Source: Lama guanicoe (taxonomy: Eukaryota). Taken from it: a stretch of 64,000 nt of DNA. Below, piece after piece: positions 37,767-50,471 of the stretch. The notes beneath the pieces are model-generated. The model did no database searches. It saw only the letters and a list, made by a program, of their open reading frames with translations, and was not told the origin of the DNA. The stretch spans positions 3,197,822 through 3,261,821 of the forward strand of contig MU053472.1 in assembly GCA_013239625.1 (NCBI GenBank), in the 5' to 3' direction. Position 1 is the stretch's first letter. Each line of letters opens with the position of its first letter. The translations under genes were made by a program, and so were the position numbers.

Positions 37767-39531
37767 CTGATTTAGGTAATGAGTGAAATTTATGGACACA
37801 GTGTTGATCAGTTAAACTCCTCTCCTCACAGAGCTGATGGCCATTGCTCCAAAACTTGTAGCAGTCCTCGTGCAACTGCATGGCGTATTTGTGAAAGGCT
37901 GGACCCCTAGCATGTTGACTGTATACTCGAAGAGCCTGGGCAAGCTGATTCTTGTGGACAGTCATTGTGTAATTATGAGGCAAATTTGACTGGTAGGCGC
38001 TATGGGCCATGGGTAAAGCTTTTTGGCACCGGTTCTCCGAGAATTTTGTGTCAATATCCAAAAATCCTTCCAAGACTTTAATACTGCTTAAAATCTTAGA
38101 TGATAGTTCCCCAGTGGGAGATCCCGCATCCTCCTCTTTCCCATCAATAGCTACTTCATACAGTTTTGAAGCTGCGGAGATCCATTTCTGATAAGTAGGA
38201 AGTTCAAAATGGGAAGGCTGTGGGTTCCTGCCCACACTGTCATCAAAACCTTTCTTGCTTAGGACTAGCTCCACATGCTGCCATAGAAATTCTCGAAGAG
38301 TGAAATCCACTAGCTGCCCTGAAGAACTGGAACTGCTGGTGTCAATGTGGAAAGAAAGCTGTTGTCGGCTGTGCTGTCTCATCACCTGGTATCGCCTGGA
38401 CCCAGAAAGGGGTGCCGGGACCAGCAAAGATTCGGGGTCCTTCACAGTACAGTGACTCCTAAGTTGGTCCAGTAACATGCCTACTGGGTCCTCCTCCTGG
38501 CTTCCAGGAACTATGTACACAAAAGCTTGATTGGCAGGCACAGTAAAGAGGCAGTTGATACTCTGATTAGTCAAGACACGACTCTTTCGGAAGATTCTAT
38601 AGATCTGGTCTTCCAGGGCATGCTGCAGTCTCCTTTTGGGAGAATGTTTCTTGGGCTTGTCAGGATGAGCTGGGTCTTGGCTCCGAGGGGGTTCCACCTT
38701 GAGGGCTCCATTGAGTTGAAAGAGGAAAAGGAGTCTAGGTGGGCAAGGTCGGCAGTTTAGCTTCCAATCTTTGCCAACTGGACAATCCTTAATGGCTGTT
38801 TTGAGGAGGGGCAGTACTTTCTGTCTCAGTCCATCCAGAGCTCTGAATACTCGATCGTACGTGATGTCAAAGGAACAAGTGGGATGGACCAGAAGCAAGA
38901 TGTGGCAGACAGAGAAAAGGTAAAGGAGACTGAGGCACTGCAGTTTCTCTTGGTGCTTCCAGAACTCGTGTGCTTCTGCATGAGGTAAAGAGAGGCCACC
39001 TCCAGCTTCTCCGCTCTGAAGGGCCCGACAAGCCCGCAGAAGCTGGGAATTGTCACAGATGGACGTGAGAAGAAGATACAGAACTTTGCTCTCTTGGTTG
39101 TAATAGGCTTGCAGGAGGCTATAGTCCTGGGAACCCGGCTCAGTTCGGTTCCCTTCCGCGGCAGCTACACCTCCCTGAACTGGATCCCCGGCCCCGGCCC
39201 CGGCCCCGGGGTCCCCGGCTCCACCAGCCTCCCCGACGGCACCAGCTTCGGTCTTGATTCCAGGCCCCGAGTCTCCAGGATCTTGGTGGCGAAAGAGGGG
39301 GAAGACCTGCCGGTCGCAGACCGTGTTCACAAGTGAGAACTTCTCGGAATTCAGGCGCAGAGCCGTCTTGCCGAAGATTCCCACCACGCAGATCTCATCC
39401 TCACGCCAAGGAGGGTCCGGTCCGCTCGCCGCGCTCCCACCACCCTCTGTAGGGGATCCCTCAGGACTTTCAGGGCCTGTCCAGGCGGCAGCGCCCATTA
39501 GAAGCTCTCGCAAGCTGACAGGACCCGCCAT
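37767..39531 (-). CDS. SMG8: SMG8 nonsense-mediated decay factor, coding exon 1
   Basis: Long ORF MAGPVSLRELLMG...EDEICVVGIFGKT...HKFHSLPKS with strong Kozak gcaccATGG; 1765 nt; donor TCAG|gtagct. Confidence 0.97.
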
Positions 39532-39660
39532 GGTGCGGCGACTACTCTAGAGTTCTTCCGGTCCGCCGCGTAAATGTAACCGGCTCTGGTCCAAGTTTGA
39601 AATCCCTCCTCCGCTTCTTCAGTTCCGCTTTCCTCTCATTTTAGGTTCCGCCTCTAGCTT
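39100..39660. promoter_or_regulatory. CpG island / SMG8 promoter with ETS-type site
   Basis: CpG-dense around the start codon; ACCGGAAG on the minus strand at 39555-39562; no TATA box seen. Confidence 0.8.
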
Positions 39661-40159
39661 CTCCTGTCCAAATTTTTCGCTAAGGTTTCACCCAGTCCCA
39701 TACCAAAGACGGTTTAAGATTTTCCTCAACCCGAGACTGTAGGAATTGAGATACCAGAAAGACGTTTGGAAGCAGTTCGTTTGTATTTTAAGGGATACAA
39801 AAATTCTGTAAAAGTGTCAAGGGACTCTTCTAAAATAAGATTGTTTCAGTTTAACTCTGGACCCTTGTTGTTCAGGGTGTGGTCTGCAGATCAAAGGGGG
39901 AGCTCGTTAGAAATCCAGTATCCCAGGCCCCACCCTAGACCTACTAATCAGAACATATATTTCAACTAAATCCTAGTGATTTGTACACGCTTCACAGTTT
40001 GAGAAGCACCGCGCTAAAAATATCTTGCAAAGTGAACAGATTTCTTTACTCACATCAATGGGGAAAAAAAAATCAGGTTCAGAAGAATATTTATCAAAAT
40101 GTTTAAAATTTGTTTACTTTTCCCCTTGTAATCTTTTTTTCCTAATTTTTTAAAAAGTG

Positions 40160-40795
40160 GATATTATTTTTTAAAGCAGTTTTAGGGTCATAGCTAAATT
40201 GAGAAGTACAGAGTTCTGTATACCCTCTACCCCAACACACAGGCATTAGCTTCCCTTACTATGAACATTGGCTCCAGAGTGGTACATTTGTTAAAATCTC
40301 TAAACCTACTTTGACGCATATTATCTCCCCCAAATCCATAGTTTACATTAGGGTTTATTCTTGGTGTTGTACATTCTGGGTTTGGACAAATGCATAATGA
40401 TGTCTCCACTCTTAAAGTGTCATGTAGAATAGTTTCAATGTGCTAAAATTCCTATGCTCCACATGTTCATTCCTCCCTTCCCCCAGATCCCTGGCTACCA
40501 CTGATCTTTTCACTGTCTCCATAGTTTTGCCTTTTCTAGAATGTCATATTATCATACATACATTAGACAGCCTTTACAGATTGGCTTCTTTCACTTTAGT
40601 AATATGCATTTAAATTTCCTCCATGTCTTCATGGTTTGCTAGCTCATTTCTTTTTAATACCGAATATTCTATTATTAGATGTACCACAGTTTATTATTCA
40701 TTCACCTACTGAAAGATGTCTTGGTTGCTTCCAAGTTTTGGAAATTATGAATAAAGCTCCTACAAACATCTCTATACTGGTTTTGAGGTGGACAC
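40160..40795 (-). mobile_element. ancient L1MC/MD-like 3' fragment
   Basis: Typical reverse-complement L1M 3' UTR, similar to the plus-strand copy at about 5020-5465; boundaries approximate. Confidence 0.65.
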
Positions 40796-41108
40796 ACTCT
40801 TTTATTTTTATATCTTTAGTTTCTAATTTTTCTAGAACGAACACTTTCTTCAACTTGTAATGTTAAAAAATTCTTCCTTGAAGAAATGTGGAAAGCCTTA
40901 ATTCAATATTTGATTTAGGTGATTGGATGTTTGAATGTTTTGGTTTTTTAAAAAATACTCTTGGCTTTAAAGTAGAAATGGGATTAGATAATGTGTTTAA
41001 TGAGTTATTACTTGGCATGTCAAAAATGAAATAAAATAATAAAAGTCAAACAGATTAGTTACTGTGTACAGTTCTGTGCTAAATCCTTACCAAGAATTAT
41101 CTCATTTA

Positions 41109-41534
41109 TGCATGTTTTCACTTATACGTGAATCTTAAAAAAAAAAAAAAACCTAACATTGAAACAGAGAACAAATTGGTGGCTGTCAGAGGAGGGGGTG
41201 GGGGCAATGGGTGATGGGTAGGAGGGGAATGGGTGAAGGTGGTCAAAAAGTACACACTTGCAGTTATATCATAAATAAATTCTGGGGATGTACAACATGG
41301 TGATTATATACAGTTAACAATACTGTATTATATGCTTGAAAGTTGCTAAGAGATACATCTTAAAAGTTCTCATCACAAGAAAAAATTGTAACCATATGAG
41401 GTAATGGATATTAACTAAATTTATTGTGGAAATCATTTTGCAATATATACATATATCAAAACATTATTTTGTATACTTTAAACTAATACAGTTATATGTC
41501 AATTATAATTATATCTCAATAAAACTGGGGAGGA
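41109..41534 (+). mobile_element. L1MA-type 3' end
   Basis: L1 3' UTR; TSD aagaattatctcattta on both sides. Confidence 0.78.
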
Positions 41535-43689
41535 AGAATTATCTCATTTAATTCTCAAAGGAAGGGAGGCATCCTAAGCCCTGGTGATGGTGTTTTTAAT
41601 ACATTAAGCTGTGTTGAGCTTCCAAAAATTCTCAACCAACTCTTATTTACTAATGAGAATTTAGAAAGGAATAGAGGTGGGCTTTTAAATGTATTTTTTT
41701 TTAAATTTTGTTTGTCTATCCGGTTTTTATTTGTTCCCTTCTCTACTTGTATATGTCCTGACCCTCTCTCTCTTTCAAAAGCCACCTAAAATGAGAAATT
41801 GTACATGTGTATCTACATATACTGTGATTCTCATCATGTGGATTATTTGCTATGTTTAGTATGTGACTTTGCTACTATAAGATTATTTTAAAAAATCCTT
41901 TGACTTATAATAAATCCAGGAAAAATAGTGTATACTAATCATATGCATTTGTATAGATTTTGCTTATAGGTAAGCAAAATGTTGTAAAACCAAATAGAAA
42001 AGACTCTCTTGAAGAAAACAAGAGCAACAACCCTCATACTTTGGTGAAGGTACACAGATTGGTATAGCCACTTAAAAAACCAGTTTGACAGTATCTAGAA
42101 AATAGGTGTTTTACAACCTAGTGGTTCCACCCCTAGACATACGCGCTAAAGTAACTCTTGCACAAATGTACGTTCACAAATGAATGTTCATAATGGCATG
42201 CATGGTTCATAATAACCCCAAATTGGAAGCAACCCTAATGTCCATTAACAACAGAATGAATTAATAACTCTACTCATACATCAAAAATAAATGATCCATA
42301 GCATTGTGCAATAATATGGTTGAAGCTTAAATATAAATGTAGACCGAAAGAAGCCAGAAACAAAAGAATATGTAATGTTGATTCTATTTATGTAGAATTC
42401 AAAGACAAGCATAATAAGCCATAGCGTTTAGGGTTGCATATTTAGAGGGTAAAAGCAAGGAAAAGCAAGCAGATCAGTAGTTACTTCTTGAGTAAAGGGA
42501 TTATGGTAAGGGAGGGAAACAGGCAGAGCTTCTAAAGACACTTAAATGTCCCTTTCTTGGGGGTTACATGAGGGTTTTACAGTTTACTGATTTACATATT
42601 TATGTCTTATGTGCTCTTCTGTATGTTGTATTTCTAGTAAAAACTATTGAAAAAAAGAAAGACCAAAGATTTTGTATTTTTCTTTATTTAGAAACATAAC
42701 CAGATGCACCTTGGTTGTTTATATTCTCTGGTTGACATTCAGTCTCAAAATAAACGTGGGAAACATATGATAGCAACAATTTAATGAAGCCATAGCAATT
42801 ACAGGATTCTCAAATGGGTACAAGATGAAACCTGTCATAAAAATTAGTAAAAGATGTAAGGTAGGACACATTTTAATACTGGTACAACGGTAACAGCAGC
42901 TCTACAAATGTTTATCTGTAGGATTGCTAGTTTATTTTTTAAATGAACCTTTATCTCAAAAGAAAGATCAAATCATTTAAATTAAATTGATACAAATACA
43001 CAGTGGTTTATTAATATTATAAATACTACAAATGTCCCATAAAATATTGTTACAAAAACCTGTCTTATTCTCAGTGATCATTCCCTTTATTTTACATAAT
43101 ATAAATGTAGAGAACAGGTTTTAAAAACTTCTTCTTTGTATTAGAAGCAGATATATCTCTTAACTTCATTAGCTGTTTAATTTTCATCCACAAATATAAA
43201 CATAAATGTAGATCTCAGAAAAACAAAACATTGCCCCCAGGTCTGCTTTCCAGTCTGGTGACTTTCCATAACACTCTATTTGGCATCTCAAAACTATACT
43301 TATTTGAGGAAATACGTGCATTTCTGGGAAATTGCTAAAATGCCTTTTTAGCCTAAGCTAATCAGGGGATATTTCAAGGATATTATCTATGTAGCTGCTT
43401 CCTGTCAGGCTAGAAAGTTCAGTGAAAAACTGAAACCCCTTGTTTCCTCTCCACGAGGAGCTGCTATCCTTATTCTTGGAACTGCCGTCAAAGTTATCAG
43501 CATCAAAGCTAATCCTGTGCTTTCAAAGTCACACTCACCCTAATGAGAGTTCCTCTTCCTCCAGTATATTTAGCACATTAGTGATAGGGGTCCTGGCTGA
43601 AGCTGCAGTAGTATCTGATGCTAAGTAGACATGTCTGACCAACTGGGGGCTCCCAGAGATACTTGGCAACTTTGTAGGAGACTGACTGA

Positions 43690-43897
43690 TAGGGTTGCCA
43701 AATAAAATATAAGATGTCCAGTTAAATTTGAATTTCAGATAAACAATGAATAATTTTTCAGTATCAGTAAGTTCCATGAAATATCTGGGACATACTTATA
43801 CTTTATGGGACATATTTATACTTAAAAGTTACTTGTTTATCTGAAATTAAAATTTGATGAGGTGCTATGTATTTATAGTTGCTAAATCTGGCAACCT
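43690..43897. mobile_element. MER53-like non-autonomous DNA transposon
   Basis: Terminal inverted repeats agggttgcca ... tggcaacctt and an internal aaatttgaatttcagataaacaatgaata motif. Confidence 0.7.
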
Positions 43898-44735
43898 TGT
43901 ACTGGCAGGAAAAAAACAAAATCCAGTGAGGTGTACATGATTACTGTTATTGAACTAACAGGCTGTTGAGGACAGGGAGTCAAGTCTTACAGTGAACCTG
44001 CTATGGACCTAAGAGAATCCTTGGTGGGGCACTGTGGAAAATAAGATTCATGTTGGAGTCTTTATGAAATTTATATTTAGCTGCATGAAAGTGGGTAGCA
44101 GATAGTGAACCGAGGAATATCTCAGACTTTAGTGAGCCAAATGTAACCATCTATATAAGAAACTAGAAATGATACATTCTAATTTTTAAGGTCACAGGGG
44201 ACCTTTTGTTTCAAATCCTTTTGGAATAGTTGGGTTTGGGTGGGGAATGGTCTTATCTCATAAATGCTTATAGTGAGCAGATATAAAATCTAGAGGATCT
44301 TTTTCATTGGTCAATTTTGTAGCACTTAATGAATACATGAGCATTACAGGCTGAAATACTTTTCAATTACCTGAGAATACCCATGATGAATGGGCACCAG
44401 GTTATTTTCTTAATGTCGTAACTGCACTTATAGAGTACAAATTAGAGTTATCTAGTTAAACTTGAAGAACCTCTGCAACCTAAACTGGATAATTACAGGA
44501 TAAACATCACTCTGGGGATTGCATTTTCCCATCTGCTCTCTTATTGATCACATAAACTAGAAAATATCCAAATACCCACTTCATATTACAGTATGTATGG
44601 TTTCCATTGTAATTCTTCAAATGAGTTATATATTAATATGATTATACATACCCAGCTACATTTTTAAAAAAAGGGCTGGGGTAGTTTTTTCTGTACACTT
44701 TATGGACCGTCACACGGAATCAGGCAGAGTTGGCA

Positions 44736-44804
44736 TCAGTTTTGTTCATCAAAGCTGCTTGTAGCAAGTGGCAGAGTTTGAGTTGGGCTTCTAGGATGAG
44801 CTAG
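44736..44804 (-). CDS. PRR11: PRR11 terminal coding exon (protein 366 aa)
   Basis: ccatag|CTA GCT CAT ... LAHPRSPTQTLPLATSSFDEQN*; all exons sum to 1101 nt = 366 aa plus stop. Confidence 0.94.
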   Translation of the reverse strand, partial: LAHPRSPTQTLPLATSSFDEQN

Positions 44805-45210
44805 CTATGGGGAAAAAAAAAAGTCCTAATTATAATGTGAATTATGTTCCTGTGGCTGGCACAGCTCTCCCTCTTCTTCACTAACAGAACCCAGATTTTA
44901 TGCAAGGCAGCAATGCATCCAGATTCTAAAAACCACTGTTTCCAGCTCTCCTGATATGATCAGAAGTTCCTGGATATCACCTGTTTAAAGAGATGAAGGG
45001 TAGCTTAGCTGGCACACCCTCTTGCCCTCTGCCCTTCTTATCTTGCCTACAGTGTGGACTTGAGACTTTAGGAAGTGCAGACATTCTGCACCACAAAGAT
45101 AAGAGCCACACATTAAGGACAGAAGTGCAGTGTTTACATGGTGAAGCTGTGGTACCTGTTATGTACCATGTATTTTCTAAGATAATATGCAGAGAAGAAA
45201 AATTGGTCCT

Positions 45211-45360
45211 GGGGGAAGAGTATAGCTTAAGGGGTAGAGTGCATGCTTAGCATGCACAAGGTCCTGGGTTCAATCCCCAGCACCTCCTCTAAAAATAAAT
45301 AAACCTAATTACCTTCCCCCACCAAAAAAAAAAAAAAAAAAAAGGAAAAGAAAAGAAAAA
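45211..45360 (+). mobile_element. tRNA-derived SINE
   Basis: Same head, family tail and long A run. Confidence 0.85.
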
Positions 45361-46929
45361 TCAGCCCCCATTTGGTTAAGCCACTTCAGTGAGATTTCTG
45401 TTACCTGCAGCCAATTCAAAGCCTTAACTAATGCAGTTGTTTCAGAGTTAGAGGAAAAAAGAAGTCTAAGGAGTGGGAACAGTTATTCCATGTCTAACAA
45501 CAGGTTTTACAAGATATCCTCCTGGTAAGCAGACTTTGGGTAGCACCACATATGGCATAGGTCATATCTGTGACTTTTGGTTTTGTTGCTCAATACATGG
45601 GTTTATCGTTCATTATATTCTTATTTGTTTCCACGTTACCCGATCCACTGTAGTAGTTTCGGATGGGGCAGGGACAAAAAGGATCCTAGAGCTGAACAAA
45701 GAAAGGAAGGGGCTTAGTCCTTCAGTGAGGACTGTGCCTTCTCCCCACAACCCCCCCCCCCAATTTACAGTATCACCAAGGAACGTAATCTGGGGATAGG
45801 CTCCTACTGGATGCTCCAAAAGGAGGAAAAAGGAATCTGGCCACATCTCCAAAGAAGGCCACATGGTCCTCAGGAGAGCCAGACTGGTTGGCAAGAGGGA
45901 AACCAAGCTGTTGGCAAAAGGCACTGATTTTTTCCGAGGGAACAAAGGGAGGAGAGTGTTGGGGTAGGAGAGTGTCTGCAGTGGAGTGTGTGGTGTGTCT
46001 CCTGGGCCAGAAAGGGATAGAAATTTAAGCTTCACAGCCAAAGAGACCAGCAGCCCAGGACCCCAGCATTCTAGCAGGGGTTGTGGAAGGATGGCTGCTC
46101 CTCACAGATCTGATGATAGGGATGACTTGGAAGAAATCACACAAGGGACAGCAGATGCACTGGATTTTGGTGTTTGGATCATACATGTCAGTGACAAAAG
46201 AGAAAGCTGCCAAGACCTTTTCCTATCATCTCTGCAGGATGTGACTACTATCTCCATCTCCACCCCTGTCTCTCTGATACAGCCACACTGGCCACTTTTC
46301 AGTTCCTCAGATAGGCCATGATCCCTCTTGCTATGAGACCCTTGCACATGCTGTTCTTTTTGCCTGAAACTCTCCCCCCTGACAGCCATGGTGGGCTCAT
46401 CCCCATATCCCATAGGTACCCTTCCCAAGTTAATGCCTATTCAACCTTCCTCAGGGAATCCTTCCTAGATCATCCAGGCTAGATCAAGTTCCTCCAAGGG
46501 TTCCACAGAACCTTGCCCCTTTTCTTCACAGAATTTTACTTCACAACTTCAGTGCAAAATTATTACAATTTGTGATTGTTTGATTAATGCCTATTTTCCC
46601 CACTAGACTGAAAACTCTAAGACAGTAGATCTGTGTCTGTTTTTGCTTACCACTATTATACCTAGTACTCCAGCACAGTGCCTGGCCTACAGGAAATACT
46701 TAATAAGTATTTATTAATGTAGTTAATAAACCAGACATTCATTGCTAAAGTGGAGATGATAAACCTAGCTATCTCATAGAATTTCATGAAGCCTAAATAT
46801 GAAAGTGCTTTATGAAGCGTAAAGAACTGTTTAAAAGTTACCATTCTTTTTAAGAAAGATGCTTTAGATTATGATTCTAAAGAAATGAACTTGAAGAATA
46901 AAGAGCCAATTTTTTTTTTAAAGGCTTAC

Positions 46930-47026
46930 CTGAAACTTTCTCTTCAAGGCCCGAGTCATTACTGGGGTCAGCCCAGTTCCTGTTTCCATATTTTCTTTAT
47001 TAGTAAGTGGGGTTCCACCTGGGCTC
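46930..47026 (-). CDS. PRR11: PRR11 coding exon 8
   Basis: cacag| ... CAG|gtaagc; 97 nt; [32 protein letters not shown] (KEN box). Confidence 0.94.
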
Positions 47027-47116
47027 CTGTGAAGGTGTTGAAAATATTAGGAGCTATGTTTTAAAGCCAACTTTTCAAATGGATTCAGAAAGCATACATT
47101 TAGGAGAGGGGATTAC

Positions 47117-47176
47117 CTTTCTACATCGACTTTTCTAAGTAGTTTCCGCAGATCTAGCTGGCTTTTACCAGGAGTG
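47117..47176 (-). CDS. PRR11: PRR11 coding exon 7
   Basis: ttatcag| ... AG|gtaatc; 60 nt; ITPGKSQLDLRKLLRKVDVER (RxxL D-box-like). Confidence 0.93.
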
Positions 47177-47991
47177 CTGATAAGAGAAAGATACAAAAGT
47201 TAGAGCTTGCCAGATTTTATCATTTTCCCCAAAGCAAAGCAGTCATTTCTGTAGGCAACATCCTCAAAAGTAGTTTGTTACATTTGTTACTAATTGTTAC
47301 ATTAACAAATAGCAGTAGATACTGAGAGGAGCAGAAGGTGATATAATAATTCTAATAAGTAATACTTTTTCCCTTGGTAATGACACATATACGAATCCAT
47401 CTTAGGGAAAAAACTCAGCTATGTGCACAGATGATGGGCAAGGGTGTTTATTAAAGAGTTATAGAAATAAAAAAAAAATCACAAACAACCTAAATGTCTC
47501 AGAACAGGATTTTATCTATGAAATTCACATATAATAACCTGCATCTATTGAAGTCAAATGATGCTTTAAACTAATTTTAAATAAGGCACATTAAATGGGT
47601 ATGCACAGTATGGTTATATATAGGTACACACACTCATATCCTATTTCATTGATTCTAAGACACACTAGTTTTCATATTTTATTATTTCTGAAATTGTGCT
47701 GCTTTGAAAATTCTTGACTATGTTTTCCCCTCAAATCTGTTATTAAATCAATGATGTGTCTTATAATAGACAGCATCATGAAATGGAAATAATAGAGTAT
47801 ATGCCTAGAAAAAGACTAGAATGATAAGTAACAATATGTTAACAGTGGCTAATGCCAATGATGGGATTGTTTGGATGATTTTTGGTTTTTTTCTTTAAAC
47901 ATTTGATTATATGTAACTTTTAAAGTTAGAAATGAGCAAAAAAATCATTATTTTAAGTAGCAGTATAGTCTAATATTGTGCAGTTCCTTAC

Positions 47992-48104
47992 ATTAAGACG
48001 TTTGTAACTCGAGTTGATAAAACTTTGGACTTGGGCTTCAGCGTAACGCGCTGCAGGTCAGAGACAGAAACTAGTGGATTTCTTTCCTTTGGTGATGGTA
48101 CAAG
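47992..48104 (-). CDS. PRR11: PRR11 coding exon 6
   Basis: ttaaag| ... AT|gtaagg; 113 nt; [37 protein letters not shown]. Confidence 0.93.
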
Positions 48105-48460
48105 CTTTAATCACAAAATGAGACAGTATTAAAAACACGTTTAAAAATATCATTCAAAATGTAAACATACTAAAACAGTGACTGTTTGAGTGCCGAATAT
48201 GTATAAGACATATCCACTTACTTTTTATTCTAAAGTGTCAAAGTATATCTCTACCTCTTCAGAGTAATGGTTGGTAGATAAAACCGCCTAATTAAATAAT
48301 TTTGGGATTTACACATTTTGTTGAAGAAATCCAAAACTACTCAAATAAAACAAAATATGTACTTCAGAATGGCTTCTATATATGACTTATGCTTGTTTTC
48401 CCTAAAGGGACAATGAGGTTAAAAGCTGAAGTACCACTTGTATTGTCAATGACATCTTAC

Positions 48461-48559
48461 CTTCCTCCGTTCATCAAAACTCTGAGTCTTCTTTAATTTC
48501 ACAGTCAGTAGATCTTTAACTGTTATCTGCATGGGTCCATCTTTTCTTAGTGGTCCAGC
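48461..48559 (-). CDS. PRR11: PRR11 coding exon 5
   Basis: ttctaag| ... AAG|gtaaga; 99 nt; [33 protein letters not shown]. Confidence 0.94.
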
Positions 48560-48934
48560 CTTAGAATGTAAGGAGAGGTTAGAATTCAAATTGGAACCAG
48601 GATACCCAGTCAAATGCAAACCCAAATCTTGTTTTTAAAGACTCAGAGTTAAAAAGTAACTCTTACTTGCTCTGGGTGCCTATTGAGTTCTTTCCACTCT
48701 ACCAAGGATGATCCTGTTTTTAGTACCCATGGATCCTAAGGCTACTGAAGAGTATTTGTCAAAATGTAAGGCTTTGCTAGTAAGGAAGACATGGGCTAGT
48801 TCCCTGCAACCACACATCCTCCTTAGGAGTCATGATAACACGACAAGAGTTGGAGTTCTTCAAATCAAAGTGAAGCTTTGTCTGAACTACCTAAAGAGAT
48901 GGCTCAGTTCCCATGGAGCAAGAATGTATACTCA

Positions 48935-49028
48935 GGGGGGTAGAGCTCAGTGGTAGAGCACCTGCTCAGCACGCACAAGGTCCTAGGTTCAATCCCAGGT
49001 ACCTCCCTTAACAAAAAACAACAAAAAA
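48935..49028 (+). mobile_element. tRNA-derived SINE (short form)
   Basis: Head plus A-rich tail; TSD gtatactcag on both sides. Confidence 0.82.
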
Positions 49029-49670
49029 GTATACTCAGAGAGGTACACATTAGGGCAGGCTCTGGATTTAATTCAGCCGTTTTTAAACCAAACATATTTG
49101 TAGTTGTTAAAAATAGGGCCATACCTAGTGATTCATAAATATTCTGGTCCCCTTGGCAGATAAGAAATTCTAATGGAGACTGTTTCTCCAGCTTAATGGC
49201 ATTGTACTTCAGGATCCACTAATTCCTTTCTTCCTGACTTCACTCAGTGAGCCATCTTTTTTTTTTTTTAACTTTTTTTTATTGAGTTATAGTCATTTTA
49301 CAATGTTCTCTCAAATTACACTGTAGAACACAATTTTTCGAGCCATCTTTGTTTTTAATCTGTTTTCCTAGAGAAGTTTTCCTTTTGGTAAAAAGGTATA
49401 TTAAGAAGCCAACAGGAATCTCCCAATCTGCTTGGGTTTCATTCATTTATGCTTGAGATTAAAAAAAAAAAAAGTACCTTCATTTCTAAATTCAGCTTTC
49501 CCGAGTTCCCAGGGGACTGAGTTTTTAAATAATAATTGATATAATTAAGATACGGACTCAGAACAAAAGGTAGCTGTTCCTGTCAAAGCCCTTAGCTCAG
49601 CCTTCAAAGGTTTCCTGGCTTTAGTCCTTACACACTGACCAAAACACACCTTTACTCGTTTGCTTCTTAC

Positions 49671-49931
49671 CTGAAGTGCTTTAGTGAGATCAGACTTTTT
49701 GAGCAGCAAAGGTGCTCTGAGTGGTGGAGGCGGAGGCAGAGGAGGGGGTGGAGGGGGTGGAGGTGGAGGAGGAGGAGGAGGAGGATGGCTGACTGGTTGT
49801 GGCAGTGAGGGAGGAAGTCCAGCTCCGGAGACTCCAAGCGTGGGAAGAGCACATGCAGGCACATTTGTAAGTTTACCATGCACGTGACACCTTTGACCAC
49901 AGCTTGGACAGCAAGAATTTTCTGAGATGGC
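49671..49931 (-). CDS. PRR11: PRR11 coding exon 4 (CxxC plus polyproline)
   Basis: ttcttccag| ... CAG|gtaaga; 261 nt; [25 protein letters not shown]...H-P15-L-P5[17 protein letters not shown]. Confidence 0.95.
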
Positions 49932-50471
49932 CTGGAAGAAAATATTACATTTGGCAAGTGAATAACAAATTAATTTGGTTCTTGTGGCTGAGAGTCATCA
50001 AAAATCTTGGCTACTGTGTATTGACTGCTTTCTCAGTATACCATGTGCTTTGTAATATTTCCTCATTTGTCACAAGCTCATTCATTCACTCACTCAGTCA
50101 TTCATTCATATATTTGTTTCTTCATGTGCTATATTGCCAGGAACTGTGGGTGCACCTGTGAGCCCTGTCTGTCCTTCATGGAACTGACAGTCCGGTGAGG
50201 AAGACATACATTAAACATACACAAACACATTCAAAACAAAACAAGACAATACTTCAATGAGAGCCGTGAAGTGTCCCGAGAGCATGAACAGCTAGAGGTC
50301 AAGGGAGTGATAGTTAGCCATGATCTCGAGGATGAATTTAGGTTTACCAGGTGAAGAAGGCAGACAGTGACTAGGGGAAGAGAATTCCAGCAGAGGGAAA
50401 AAGAATACTTAATGCAGCCAAGGACATAGTACATTCAAGGAACTGATAAAAAGGTCAAGAGGCTGGAACAT

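Noticed and set aside
42680..43100. Specific PRR11 polyadenylation site
   Set aside because: Several minus-strand AATAAA hexamers (e.g. 42931, 43007) occur in AT-rich sequence and none can be chosen without transcript data.
45473..46428. Cluster of 60-140 aa ORFs in the last PRR11 intron
   Set aside because: No recognisable protein, partly L2-like sequence, and no supporting exon structure.
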